Below, in pieces: positions 28,672 to 38,600 of a stretch of DNA of 64,000 bases. The stretch comes from Planctomycetota bacterium (GTDB lineage: Bacteria > Planctomycetota > PLA2 > JAEUHO01). The notes beneath the pieces were generated by a model. That model searched no databases, was not told where the DNA came from, and saw nothing but the letters and a program-made list of their open reading frames with translations. The stretch spans positions 1,005,225 to 1,069,224 of the forward strand of contig JAXMAB010000004.1 in NCBI GenBank assembly GCA_046350655.1. Reading direction: 5' to 3'. Position numbers and translations under genes: made by a program. Every line of letters begins with the position of its first letter. Positions within the stretch are counted from its first letter, which is position 1.

Positions 28672-30477
28672 ATGTTGAAGAGGCTGGCGGAATGCCAGCG
28701 GGTCATCGGGTACGCCTTCGCCGACCCGAATCTGCTCGAGATCGCGCTCACGCACTCGTCCGTCCGCACCCCGGACCGCGAGTGCAACGAGCGTCAGGAG
28801 TTCCTCGGGGACAGCGTCCTCGGGCTCGCGATCACCGAGGAGCTGTACAAGCGTCTTCCTGACCAACAGGAAGGCGAGCTCACCCGCATCAAGTCGGCGG
28901 TCGTCTCCCGCGGCGCGCTCTATCGCGTCTCGACGAAGCTGGGCCTCACCCGCTTCATCGAGGTGGCGAAGGGCGTCGCCCGACGCGAGGAGCTGCCCGT
29001 CTCGCTCACGGCGAACCTCGTCGAGAGCATCATCGGCGCCGTCTACCTGGACGGCGGCTTCTACCCGGCGCGCGAGTTCATCCTCCGCCACCTCGGTCCC
29101 GAGATCGAGGACGTCTTCAACGACCGGGTCCCGAAGAACTTCAAGAGCCTCCTCCAGCACGAGGCGCAGCAGCTCCTCGGCTGCACGCCCGTCTACCGGA
29201 GCGTCGAGGAGGAGGGGCCGGACCACCGCAAGGCGTTCACGGTCGCCGCGATCCTCAAGGGCACGGAGTACGGCCGCGCCACGGGGATCAACAAGAAGGA
29301 AGCCGAGCAGGAGGCCGCGCGTCACGCCCTCGAGGCGCTGAAGTACCGCGGTCGCCGGCGCCGCCGCCGCCTGCCCGAGCTCCGCGAGCGCGACCCGCGC
29401 GAGACCCGCGACACGCGGGACCGCGACGCCCGCGACGCCCGCGACCCGCGCGACCGCGATCGCGACCGCGTCCGCACCATCGTCAAGCAGAGCAGCGACG
29501 CCGACGACTGGCGCGAGTGGGCGGAGGCGGCCGCGAAGCCGGCCGGCCCGACGAACTACGCGATCGCGCCCGAGGCCGACGAGGGCTTCGTGGACGACGG
29601 CGGCGCTCCGCGGCCCGCCGCGCTCGCGCCCGAGTTCGACGCCGACGCGCCGCCCGCCGAGGCGACGCCGTCCGACGCGCCGGCCGAGACGTCCGCGCGT
29701 GACGAGGCCCCGCGCGAGGGCGACGCGCCCGCCGCCGGCCGCGAGCCGGCCGAGGGCGATGCGGAGGGCGACGGACGTCGTCGGCGTGGCCGCCGCGGCG
29801 GTCGTGGCCGCGGTCGCGGTCGTCGCGACGACGAGGGCGCGCCGCCCGCGCCGGGCATCGCCCCGGAAGCGGACGCGATGCCGCCCGAGGACGCCGCTCC
29901 GGCGGTGCCGCCGGAGGCCGACGCGTCCGGCGACGTGCCCGCGGCGTTCGTGGACGGGCCCGAGCCGTCCTCTTGGCCGGACGGCCCGAGCGAGCCCGTG
30001 CCGGCGCCGCGTGAGCGCCGCCCCCGTGGCGGACGTGGACGCGGTCGCCGTCCGGCCGCCGACGCGGCCCCGGCGGGCGACGAGGCCACGCCGGCTGCGG
30101 ATCCCTCCGCGCGCGGCGGCGACTTCGCGTTGAGCGACGCGCCGCCGTCCGAGGCTCCGGCACCGCCGCCGGCCCGACGGGGTGGCGGTCGTCGCGCGGC
30201 CGCGCCGAAGCCGGAAACGGCACCGGCGGCGGATCCCGCGCCGGTCGTGCGCGAACCCGCGCCCTCGATGCCGGCTCCGAAGCCGGCTCCCAAGCCGGCG
30301 CCCACAGGCCCCGCGTTCGGCGCGGGCGTGATCGGCAGCGAGACGCCGCCGCCGCCGGCGCCGAAGTCGTCGGTCGCGCCCGAGGTGAAGCCGACGGTCG
30401 AGGTCGAGGGCCGCCGCAAGGCGCCCGTGACGCCGAAGAAGCCGCCCGCCGACGGCGGGTTCGGTGTCGGGCTGTAG
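28672..30477 (+). CDS. rnc: ribonuclease III with a ~370-aa low-complexity C-terminal extension (RD repeats, RGG/RGR tract, Pro/Ala-rich)
   Basis: N-terminal 230 aa: ERQEFLGDSVLGLAITEELY (RNase III signature), a dsRBD (KSLLQHEAQQ...KKEAEQEAARHALEAL). Then RGRRRRRRLPELRERDPRETRDTRDRDARDARDPRDRDRDRVRT, GRRRRGRRGGRGRGRGRRDD, RGGRGRGRR and PAPKPAPKPAP. Confidence 0.8.
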   Translation: MLKRLAECQRVIGYAFADPNLLEIALTHSSVRTPDRECNERQEFLGDSVLGLAITEELYKRLPDQQEGELTRIKSAVVSRGALYRVSTKLGLTRFIEVAKGVARREELPVSLTANLVESIIGAVYLDGGFYPAREFILRHLGPEIEDVFNDRVPKNFKSLLQHEAQQLLGCTPVYRSVEEEGPDHRKAFTVAAILKGTEYGRATGINKKEAEQEAARHALEALKYRGRRRRRRLPELRERDPRETRDTRDRDARDARDPRDRDRDRVRTIVKQSSDADDWREWAEAAAKPAGPTNYAIAPEADEGFVDDGGAPRPAALAPEFDADAPPAEATPSDAPAETSARDEAPREGDAPAAGREPAEGDAEGDGRRRRGRRGGRGRGRGRRDDEGAPPAPGIAPEADAMPPEDAAPAVPPEADASGDVPAAFVDGPEPSSWPDGPSEPVPAPRERRPRGGRGRGRRPAADAAPAGDEATPAADPSARGGDFALSDAPPSEAPAPPPARRGGGRRAAAPKPETAPAADPAPVVREPAPSMPAPKPAPKPAPTGPAFGAGVIGSETPPPPAPKSSVAPEVKPTVEVEGRRKAPVTPKKPPADGGFGVGL

Positions 30478-30525
30478 GCCTTCCGCCCGCATCCCACGAC
30501 CCCACGGTCGACGATCCCCTGTTCC

Positions 30526-30561
30526 GACACGCGAGGCCCGGTGCGAACCGGGCCTCGCGTC
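30526..30561. repeat. REP-like palindrome GACACGCGAGGCCCGG tgcgaa CCGGGCCTCGCGTC between convergent rnc and the 30560..33004 gene (overlaps the latter's stop codon)
   Basis: Inverted arms seen directly. Confidence 0.6.
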
Positions 30562-33004
30562 ATTTCGGGGCGTCCGCGGGCCAGACGATCTTCACGTCGC
30601 GGGTCTCGCCGTCGGTGATCGTGAAGGTCTGGAGCGCGGGCGAGGTCTCGGCCTCGTCGTCGTCGGTGCGCACGGCCCACGTCCCCGGCTCGACGGGGTG
30701 CTCGAAGCGGCCGTCGGGCCCCGACACCACGGCCTGCCACGGGTCGTCGTGGTCCACGTCGGGGTCGGTCTTCTCCTCCGCGGCCGCGTCGGCGCCGACG
30801 CGCCGCAGGTAGAAGAGCCGTTCGACGGCGGGCGTCCCGTCGGCGTCCACGACCTGCCCGCGCACGCGCCCGCGGCGCGTGACCACGAGTCGCAGCCCGC
30901 CCGCGGGCACTTCCGTGACGCGGATGAGAGCCCTGAGGAACTCCATGCCGCCCACCTGGAGGTCGAACGGCGGCGGCGGGAAGTCCTCGAGCAGGAATCG
31001 CCCGTGGACGTCGGACGTGTCGGAACCCCACAGGCAGTCGGCGGCATCGACCCTGGCCTCCGGAATCGGGGCGCCTCGGCGGTCCACCACCGTCCCCGGG
31101 ATCCGGCGCCCGCGCTCGAGGCGTACCGTCCCGAGATCGACGGTCTCCGCCCCGCGGACCGACGTCCTCCGCCAGGCCCACGCCCACCCATCGGCGTGGA
31201 CGAGCAGCGCGACCTCGCCGCGGTCGAGTCCGCGGAACTCGACGGACCCGTGCCGGAAGTGTCCCCTTTCGATGCTGTCCCCGTCCAACAACAACTCGGC
31301 GTGGACCGTGCCTTCGGGGACGGCGCCGTCCGTCGTGAGCACTTGGGCGAGTACGGACGCGCGGGGCGTAACGACGATGCGTACCGGCGGCGCACCCGCG
31401 AGGACCCGAAGCGGCTGGTCCAACGCACGGCCGCGGTCGGGCGTCCAGACGTCTAGCCACCGTGCCGTCGCGTCGAGTCCGGAGAATCGGAACCTGCCTT
31501 CCGGGTCGGTCCTCGCCTCGCGGACGCCCGGTCGGTCGCGGTCCCAGAAATGCGTCCACCAGCGCCGTTTGGGGATCGAGTCGTCGAAGTCCGACGCGGG
31601 CGCGGCGATGACGCTGGCGGCCGCGACCGCTTGGCCCCCTTCGTCCACGACCAGTCCTTCGATCATCCGCCCTGCGTCGAGCGAGACGGTGACCCGGGTC
31701 GTAGTGCCTGCCACGGGCACGATCCGACGGACGACCGATCGGAGTCCGTCACTTCCTACGAGAAGCCACGCCGGTTCGTCCGACAGGTTGTCGAAACTTG
31801 CGAGTGCTCCGCGCGTGGCGAACTTCGACCCGGCCTGCACCAACTGCGAGAATGCGCCGTCGCAGGGCCCGCCGGGGCCGACGACCTCGATCTCCAGACG
31901 CGCGGCCCGCTGCAGCCGAAGCTCGATGGGCCTCGCGGCGCTGGCGACGTCCACGCGCGTCACCGGGGAGGGGCCAAACCCGTCCTTCACAGCCCGTACC
32001 CACGCGGTCGAGCGGCCGGGGGGGAGCGGGTGCGAGAAGGACCCGTCGGCCGCGGTCCGGGTGGACTCGCTGTCGGGCGGCGAGTACGCGGCGACATCCC
32101 GTGCGAGGGCCACGTCCTCTTCCTGCGTCCGTGGTGACGCGTCGATCACGGATCGCAGGCGGGCGCCGGGTTCGCCGCCGGTGACGTAGACCCGTGCGTC
32201 CGCCGCGACATTCCCATCGGCGTCGCGCACGATCCCGGAGATCACCGTGCAGCGCTCGAGTGCGAGCTCCAACGGGGGTTCCACGACGTCGGGCGGTGCC
32301 GCACGGACCCGGAGGGTCCGCTCGAAGAATCCGACGTGGTCCGCGACGATCTCGGTGGCAACCCCGGGCTCGACTCCCGAGAGCCGGAAGCGACCGTCGG
32401 CGTCCGTCGGGCCGATCTCCACCTCGTTCACGAGGACGCTCGCGCCCGCCACCGGCGCGCCGGACGCAGCGTCGATCACGCGGCCGACGACCTCGCGTCC
32501 GGGGCGCATCTCGAGTCGGACGACGTTCGTGTCGCGCTCGAGCTCCGTGTTCCCGGCTCCGCACGGGCACAATCCCGCGGCCCAGGCCTCGACTTCGACG
32601 ACCCGGAGGTCGGTCGAGGGGAACTCGCACGCTCCCTGCGCGTCCGTCTCCTTCGTCGCGAGCACGTCGAGGCTGTTCCAGCGCCGGACGCGGACGGTGA
32701 CGCCGGCGCGGGGCACGTCGTTCACGGTCACGAACACACGCAGGGTCGTGGGGCGCGCGGCGGCGGCCGCGCCCGCGGGCCGGTCGGCGTCTCGGGTCGA
32801 GGTGCGTCGGCCGGCGGCGGCGAGTGCGGCGTCGGTCGGTTGCGTCCCGCCGGTGACGTGGCCCGGTGCCTTGGCGCCGGGCGCGGCGGCCGCGTCGTCC
32901 TGCGTCGGGGCGAACGGGCCCACACCGCGGGACCACGCGAGCGCCACCGCGCCGCCGATCACGAGCAGCAGGCCGGCCAGCGCACCGAGTCCGCGACGCG
33001 TCAC
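30560..33004 (-). CDS. membrane-anchored protein with repeated carboxypeptidase-regulatory-like / Cna-B-like beta-sandwich domains
   Basis: 814 aa. N-terminal TM segment LGALAGLLLVIGGAVALAW. At least 6 repeats of the pattern G.V.D..G.PV.GA.V......TDA.GRF.. (e.g. GRVIDAASGAPVAGASVLVNEVEIGPTDADGRFRLSGVEPG). Confidence 0.7.
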   Translation of the reverse strand: MTRRGLGALAGLLLVIGGAVALAWSRGVGPFAPTQDDAAAAPGAKAPGHVTGGTQPTDAALAAAGRRTSTRDADRPAGAAAAARPTTLRVFVTVNDVPRAGVTVRVRRWNSLDVLATKETDAQGACEFPSTDLRVVEVEAWAAGLCPCGAGNTELERDTNVVRLEMRPGREVVGRVIDAASGAPVAGASVLVNEVEIGPTDADGRFRLSGVEPGVATEIVADHVGFFERTLRVRAAPPDVVEPPLELALERCTVISGIVRDADGNVAADARVYVTGGEPGARLRSVIDASPRTQEEDVALARDVAAYSPPDSESTRTAADGSFSHPLPPGRSTAWVRAVKDGFGPSPVTRVDVASAARPIELRLQRAARLEIEVVGPGGPCDGAFSQLVQAGSKFATRGALASFDNLSDEPAWLLVGSDGLRSVVRRIVPVAGTTTRVTVSLDAGRMIEGLVVDEGGQAVAAASVIAAPASDFDDSIPKRRWWTHFWDRDRPGVREARTDPEGRFRFSGLDATARWLDVWTPDRGRALDQPLRVLAGAPPVRIVVTPRASVLAQVLTTDGAVPEGTVHAELLLDGDSIERGHFRHGSVEFRGLDRGEVALLVHADGWAWAWRRTSVRGAETVDLGTVRLERGRRIPGTVVDRRGAPIPEARVDAADCLWGSDTSDVHGRFLLEDFPPPPFDLQVGGMEFLRALIRVTEVPAGGLRLVVTRRGRVRGQVVDADGTPAVERLFYLRRVGADAAAEEKTDPDVDHDDPWQAVVSGPDGRFEHPVEPGTWAVRTDDDEAETSPALQTFTITDGETRDVKIVWPADAPK

Positions 33005-33050
33005 GACACCCTCCGCGAGCAGCGTACCCGGGCGCGGTCCGTCGTGCCGG

Positions 33051-33212
33051 TCAGTACGGCAACTTGTGCGAGCGCCCGGGCTTCAGGGCGTTCAGGCACC
33101 CGAAGCCGTTGTTCTCCCGGCGGAGGGCGCGCCAGACCACCCAGCCCATGAGCACCGGGAACGCGATCGCGATGCCCAGGCGAATCCATATCGCGACGCC
33201 GAGCGTGATCAT
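33051..33212 (-). CDS. possible small membrane protein (53 aa)
   Basis: MITLGVAIWIRLGIAIAFPVLMGWVVWRALRRENNGFGCLNALKPGRSHKLPY, one TM helix. Lies between two co-directional genes. Support is weak because it is only the tail of a longer spurious track ORF. Confidence 0.3.
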   Translation of the reverse strand: MITLGVAIWIRLGIAIAFPVLMGWVVWRALRRENNGFGCLNALKPGRSHKLPY

Positions 33213-33400
33213 GCGTCGCGCGCTCCGTGCCCGGGGCCGACCTCGCTCCGCCGACGTCGGACGGCCGCGATCCAGGTGAGGTTCGGGGTCGTCCGCTCCA
33301 TCCCGGCATTGTGCCACGCGACTCTCCGTCGGCGGCCGCCGGGCCTCGCGTCCCGGGGAGGGGGATGCGGACAGGACGGTGGGGCAAGGGTCGCGGGGCG

Positions 33401-35533
33401 TCAGCGAAGCGCGCTGCGTCGGAGAAGGCGCACCTCGATCGGCGACGCGGCCGACGGGTCCACCGTGCGCTCCATGTACCGGTCGTCGGTCTCGAAGACC
33501 AGCCGCACGGCCGTGCGTGGCACGTGTTCCATCGTGAAGCGACCGTCCGTGTCGGTGCGCGTCCAACGGAAGTCCTCGACCTCGGGGCACCGGACCGTCG
33601 CGCCCGCGATCGGATGCCCGGCCGGGTCGAGCGCGCGGCCGGTGATCGTCGCGCCGACGTCGAGCACGACGTCGTCGAGGTCCACCGCGGCGCCGCCGCG
33701 GACCGAGAACGTGCGCCGTACCCACGCCGCGTCCGACGGGCACACGACCCAGACGTAGTCGCCGTCGGACAGGCCGTCGTGGGAGAGGACGCCGTCGTCG
33801 GGTTCGCGCGTGCCACCCTTGCCGCCACCGTCGGTCGAGAGCATGACCTCGACGCGACGCGTGTAGGGGCGCCGTTCGGCGTCCAGGAGCCGCATTCGGA
33901 CGCGGCCCTCGGGCGCGAGGACGACCCGCAGGTCGCGCGCGGGCGCGGTGGCGGGTACGCGGAAGGCGCCCGCAGCGTGGCCACGTTCGTCTTTCCATTT
34001 GACGTGCAGGTGGATGGGGCCCGGCCACACGCCCGAAACGGAGAATCGCCCCGACCCGTCCGTGCGCGTTCGGATCGACGGCGCGCCGGGCAGGCCATCG
34101 ACGCTCCAACGGTCGATCACGACGGACGCGTCCGCGAGCGGCAAGCCGCCGACGTCCACGACCGTGCCCGCGACGGTCGCGCCCGTGGACAGCGGCAGGT
34201 CGAGCTCGATCGTCGCGCCCTCCTCGACGTCCACGAACGTCGCGGCCGGCAGGAAGCCCTCGGTCTCCGCGAACACGAGCACGCGCCCGGGCACGACGTC
34301 CACCAGGCGCACGCGGCCGTCCGCTTCGGCTCGCGCGGGTCGCCTGGGGAACGAGGGCGGCGACGTGGCCCAGGCAATCCGCACGTCGTGGGGCGAGTTG
34401 GCCCCGTCCGGCACGGTGCAGCGCACGAGCAACACGGCCGGCCGACGGATCCGCAACTCGACGTCCCGTCCCGGCGCCGCGTCGGTCGTCGGCAACACGT
34501 CGGCCACGTCCGCCGCCGCGGCGTGCCCGAACACGCTCGCAGAGACACCGTACGCCGCGCCGAGCTCGAGCCCGTCGAACACGAACCTGCCGTTGCGGTC
34601 GCTGATCTGGAAGGCCGGATTGCTGCGCGCGACCAGCCGCCGACCCCACAGGAACTGCGCGACGTCGGCCGGCACGGCGGCGGGCCACGCCTCCGCGGCG
34701 TCCTCGGCGAGCTCGGCGACGGTGCGCGCCCGCACCGTCACCTCGGGCATCGGGCGGCCGTCCGGGCCCAGGACGACCCCGCGGATCGTGCCCCCGCGCT
34801 CGAGGCGGACGACCGTCGGATCGCGCTCGGGCCGCCCGCCGTCGGCGCGGAGCTTCACGGCCGACGTGCGGAACCCCGCCGCGCTCACGACGAACGTCGT
34901 CTCGTCGTTGTCCGCGAGGCCCGGGAGGGCCATCGTGCCGGTCGCGTCGGTCGCGCCCACCGGAAGCGGGATGCCCCAGCCTTCGACGGCGACCCTCGCA
35001 CCCGCGATGCCCGCCTCGCCGTCGGCCGCGACGACCCGAAGGCTGGCGGCGACGCCCGCGAGGAGCGGGATCGGGACGGGCGCCCCGTCCTCCGGCGGGC
35101 CGTGCCCGAGCTGACCGAAGTAGACGCGGTACCCGGGCGCCACCGCGTGGAAGTACCGCTCGCCCCGGGGCACGCCGTCGACGGACGCAAGGCCCGCCGC
35201 GTCACTGGCCACGGGCGCGAGCCAGTCCACGCCGTTCGGGTCGTGGACCCAGATGCGGGCCCCGGCGATCGGCGTGCCGGCGGGGTCCGCGACGCGGAAC
35301 GTGAGCCACGGCGCCGCCTCGGCCGGCGCCGGACCCTGCGATGCTCGAGGTTTCGGGGCCTCGCCGCGCGGCGAGGCCGCGAGGTCGCGCGGCGCGGGCG
35401 TCTCGGTGGGTGCCGGTCCGGCCGCGGGACTGTCGGCCGCGGGACCGCCCTTCTGCCGCAGCCCGATCCACGCGACGACGGCCAGCAATCCGGCCGCGAG
35501 GCACGCGAGGCCCGCTGCATTCCGTCGGTTCAC
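33401..35533 (-). CDS. second membrane-anchored carboxypeptidase-regulatory-like repeat protein (710 aa, GTG start)
   Basis: C-terminal 710 aa of track ORF 33401..38737. GTG start with GGGAGGGAGG 5 nt upstream. TM segment AAGLACLAAGLLAVVAWIGL, then repeats GARIWVHDPNG..., GTIRGVVLGPDGRPMPEVTV, GATVAGTVVDVGGLPLADASV, ATITGRALDPAGHPIAGATV..TDTDGRF. The upstream 1,068 codons of the track ORF are antisense to mfd and were rejected. Confidence 0.7.
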   Translation of the reverse strand: MNRRNAAGLACLAAGLLAVVAWIGLRQKGGPAADSPAAGPAPTETPAPRDLAASPRGEAPKPRASQGPAPAEAAPWLTFRVADPAGTPIAGARIWVHDPNGVDWLAPVASDAAGLASVDGVPRGERYFHAVAPGYRVYFGQLGHGPPEDGAPVPIPLLAGVAASLRVVAADGEAGIAGARVAVEGWGIPLPVGATDATGTMALPGLADNDETTFVVSAAGFRTSAVKLRADGGRPERDPTVVRLERGGTIRGVVLGPDGRPMPEVTVRARTVAELAEDAAEAWPAAVPADVAQFLWGRRLVARSNPAFQISDRNGRFVFDGLELGAAYGVSASVFGHAAAADVADVLPTTDAAPGRDVELRIRRPAVLLVRCTVPDGANSPHDVRIAWATSPPSFPRRPARAEADGRVRLVDVVPGRVLVFAETEGFLPAATFVDVEEGATIELDLPLSTGATVAGTVVDVGGLPLADASVVIDRWSVDGLPGAPSIRTRTDGSGRFSVSGVWPGPIHLHVKWKDERGHAAGAFRVPATAPARDLRVVLAPEGRVRMRLLDAERRPYTRRVEVMLSTDGGGKGGTREPDDGVLSHDGLSDGDYVWVVCPSDAAWVRRTFSVRGGAAVDLDDVVLDVGATITGRALDPAGHPIAGATVRCPEVEDFRWTRTDTDGRFTMEHVPRTAVRLVFETDDRYMERTVDPSAASPIEVRLLRRSALR

Positions 35534-35614
35534 GACGTCCTCCCTCCCCAGCGTACCCGCCCGGCCGGAGCGGGTGGGGGCGCCCGCGCGCGCGCGGGTA
35601 CCATCGGCCCTTTC

Positions 35615-38600
35615 GTGACCGCCGACCGCTCGGCTGCGCCCTACCCTGACCCCGCCCACGTGGCGGCCCCCGTCGCGGGCCTCCTCGCCCGGAAGAAGTC
35701 CGTCCGCGTGGGGGGCGTCCACGGCGGCGCCGTCGGCCTCCTCGTCGCGGGCCTGCGCGCGCACGCGCCCGCGATCCTCGTCGTCACGAGCGACGCGCGC
35801 GCGGCCGACGCCGCCGTCCTCGACGTCGCGACCTTCGCCCACGACGACGCGCTGTCGTTCCCGACGTGGCCCCACGGCGCCGGCCAGGGGCCGCCGGACC
35901 CCGACGTCCTCTCCGCGCGCGTCGCGGTGCTCGATGCCGCCCGCGCGGCACGCGAGGCCCGGTCCGCGCCGGCGAGCGGGCCTCGCGTCCCGGGAGAGGG
36001 GCCGCCGTCCCCGCGCGCCGGGTCGCGGGCGTCGGCCGCGGCGGCGCCGGGCCCGCTCGCGCCCGTGTTCGTCGCGCCCGTGGGGGCGCTCGTGCAGGAC
36101 GTGCCGTCGCCCGTCGTCGTCGAGCGGGCCGGCCTCGTGCTCGCGCTCGGCGAGACGCACGCGCCGGGGTCGCTCCTCGAGCACCTCGCGTTGTCGGGGT
36201 ACGTGCGCGTCGGCGCCGTCGAGACGCCCGGCGAGTTCGCGGGCCGCGGCGGCGTGGTCGACGTCTTCCCGTACGGCGCGAAGGCGCCCGTGCGCCTCGA
36301 CTTCTTCGGCGACGTGCTCGAGTCGGTGCGCGTGCTCGACCCCGCGACGAACCGCGTCGGGGCGGGCCTCGCGTCGGTGCGGTTGCTCTGCCTGCCCCCC
36401 GAGCGCGTGCGCGACCCCGCGGCCGACTCGGGGCCGTGCACGATCCTCGAGCACCTGCCGCCGGACGCGCTCGTGGTGCTCGTCGAGCCGTCGGTCGTCG
36501 CGGGGCGGCTGGCGGTGGGCAAGGGCGTGGCGATCGTGGGCGACCGCGTGCGGTGGAAGCGGCTCGACGGGGGCCTCGCGGCCGCGCGGCGCCTCGACCT
36601 CGCCGCGCTGCGGCTCGGCCCCGACGGCGATCTCGACCTCGAGGTGGGCACGCTGGAGGAGGTGCGCGGGATCGCGGAGCGGGCGGAGCGCGCGAGCGCC
36701 GCGCGCAAGGGCCCGACGCGCGCCGACCCGCAGGCCCTCGTCGCGGAGGCGCTGCGGCGGCTGACGACGCGCGCGGACCGCATCGTCGTGTTCCGGCGCG
36801 CGCCGGGCGAGGAGGAGCGGCTCAAGGAGCTGATGCCCGACGCGCCGCTCGTGTTCGCGGAGGGGTCGCTCTCGGCGTCGTTCCTCCTGGCGAAGGAGCG
36901 CGTCGCGTTCCTCGCGTACGACGACCTCGCCGACCTCTCCCTGCGCGAGCGGCGGCCCCGCGGCATCGCCGGGGCCTCGCGGCCGCTGCAGGACTTCCTC
37001 GAGCTCGAGGTCGGCGAGCCCGTCGTGCACCTGCACCACGGCATCGGCGTGTTCCGCGGGCTCGCGCCGCTCGACGGCGGCGCGCAGGCGATGAAGCTCG
37101 AGTTCGCGGAGGGCACGACGCTGTTCGTGCCCGTCGCGCGCATCGACCTCGTGCAGCGGTACGTCGGCACGGGGCGGCGCCCGCGGCTCTCGAAGGTCGG
37201 CGGGTCGGAGTGGGCGGCGAAGAAGGCGAAGGTCGAGGACGCGGTGCTCGAGTTCGCCGAGGGGCTGCTCGAGGTGCAGGCCCAGCGCACGCGGCGCGCG
37301 GGCCCGCCGATGAAGCCGCACCCGCACTGGCAGGACGAGTTCGAGCGCTCGTTCCCCTGGAAGGACACGCCGGACCAGGCGGCGACGACGCTCGCGCTGC
37401 GGGCCGACCTCGCGGGCCCGCGGCCCATGGACCGCCTGCTGTGCGGCGACGTCGGCTACGGCAAGACCGAGCTCGCCCTGCGCGCCGCGTTCCTCGTCGC
37501 GACGGCGGGGCGGCAGGTGGCCGTGCTCGTGCCGACCACCGTGCTGTGCGAGCAGCACCGCCGCACGTTCGAGGCGCGGCTCGCGTCGTACCCCGTCGTG
37601 GTGCGCGCGCTGTCGCGGTTCCGCACGCCGGCCGAGCAGCGCGAGATCGTCGCGGGCCTCGCGGACGGCTCCGTGGACGTCGTCGTCGGCACGCACCGCC
37701 TGCTGTCGAAGGACGTGAAGTTCAAGGACCTCGCCATGGTCGTCGTGGACGAGGAGCAGCGGTTCGGCGTCGAGCACAAGGAGAAGCTGAAGGCGCTCAA
37801 GGCCGACGTGGACGTGCTCACGCTGACCGCGACGCCGATCCCGCGCACGCTGCACATGGCCCTGCTCGGCATCAAGGACATCAGCAACCTCACGACGCCG
37901 CCGCCGGGCCGCCGGCCCATCGAGACGAAGCTCGCGCGCTTCGACGAGGCGCTCATCCGCGAGGCGATCGTGCGCGAGCTCGACCGCGGCGGGCAGGTCT
38001 ACTACCTCCACAACCGCGTCTACGACCTGCCGGTGGTCGTCGGCCGCGTCCTGCGGCTCGTGCCCGACGCGCGCGTCACCTCCATCCACGGCCAGATGGA
38101 CCGCGACCTCGTCGAGGAGCGCATGCTCCAGTTCGTCCGGGGCGACGTGGACGTGCTCGTGTCCACGACCATCGTCGAGTCGGGCCTCGACATCCCCAAC
38201 GCCAACACGATGGTCATCGAGGACGCCGAGCGGTACGGCCTCGCCGAGCTGCACCAGCTGCGCGGCCGCGTCGGGCGCGAGCAGCGCCACGCCCACTGCC
38301 TCCTCCTCGTCGACAAGGACCGCTCGCTGTCGGAGGAGGCCGCGCGCCGCCTCACCGCGCTCGAGGAGTACAGCGAGCTCGGCGCGGGCTTCCGCATCGC
38401 CATGCGCGACCTCGAGCTCCGCGGCGCCGGCAACCTCCTCGGCGCGCAGCAGTCGGGCCACATCGCCGCGGTCGGGTACGAGCTCTACTGCAAGATGCTC
38501 GCCGACGCCGTCCACCGCGTCCGCAAGGACCCGCCGCGGACCGGCGACCCCGCCACGGTGGACGTGGACGTCCCGTGCGGCCTGCCGCCGGCCTACGTCG

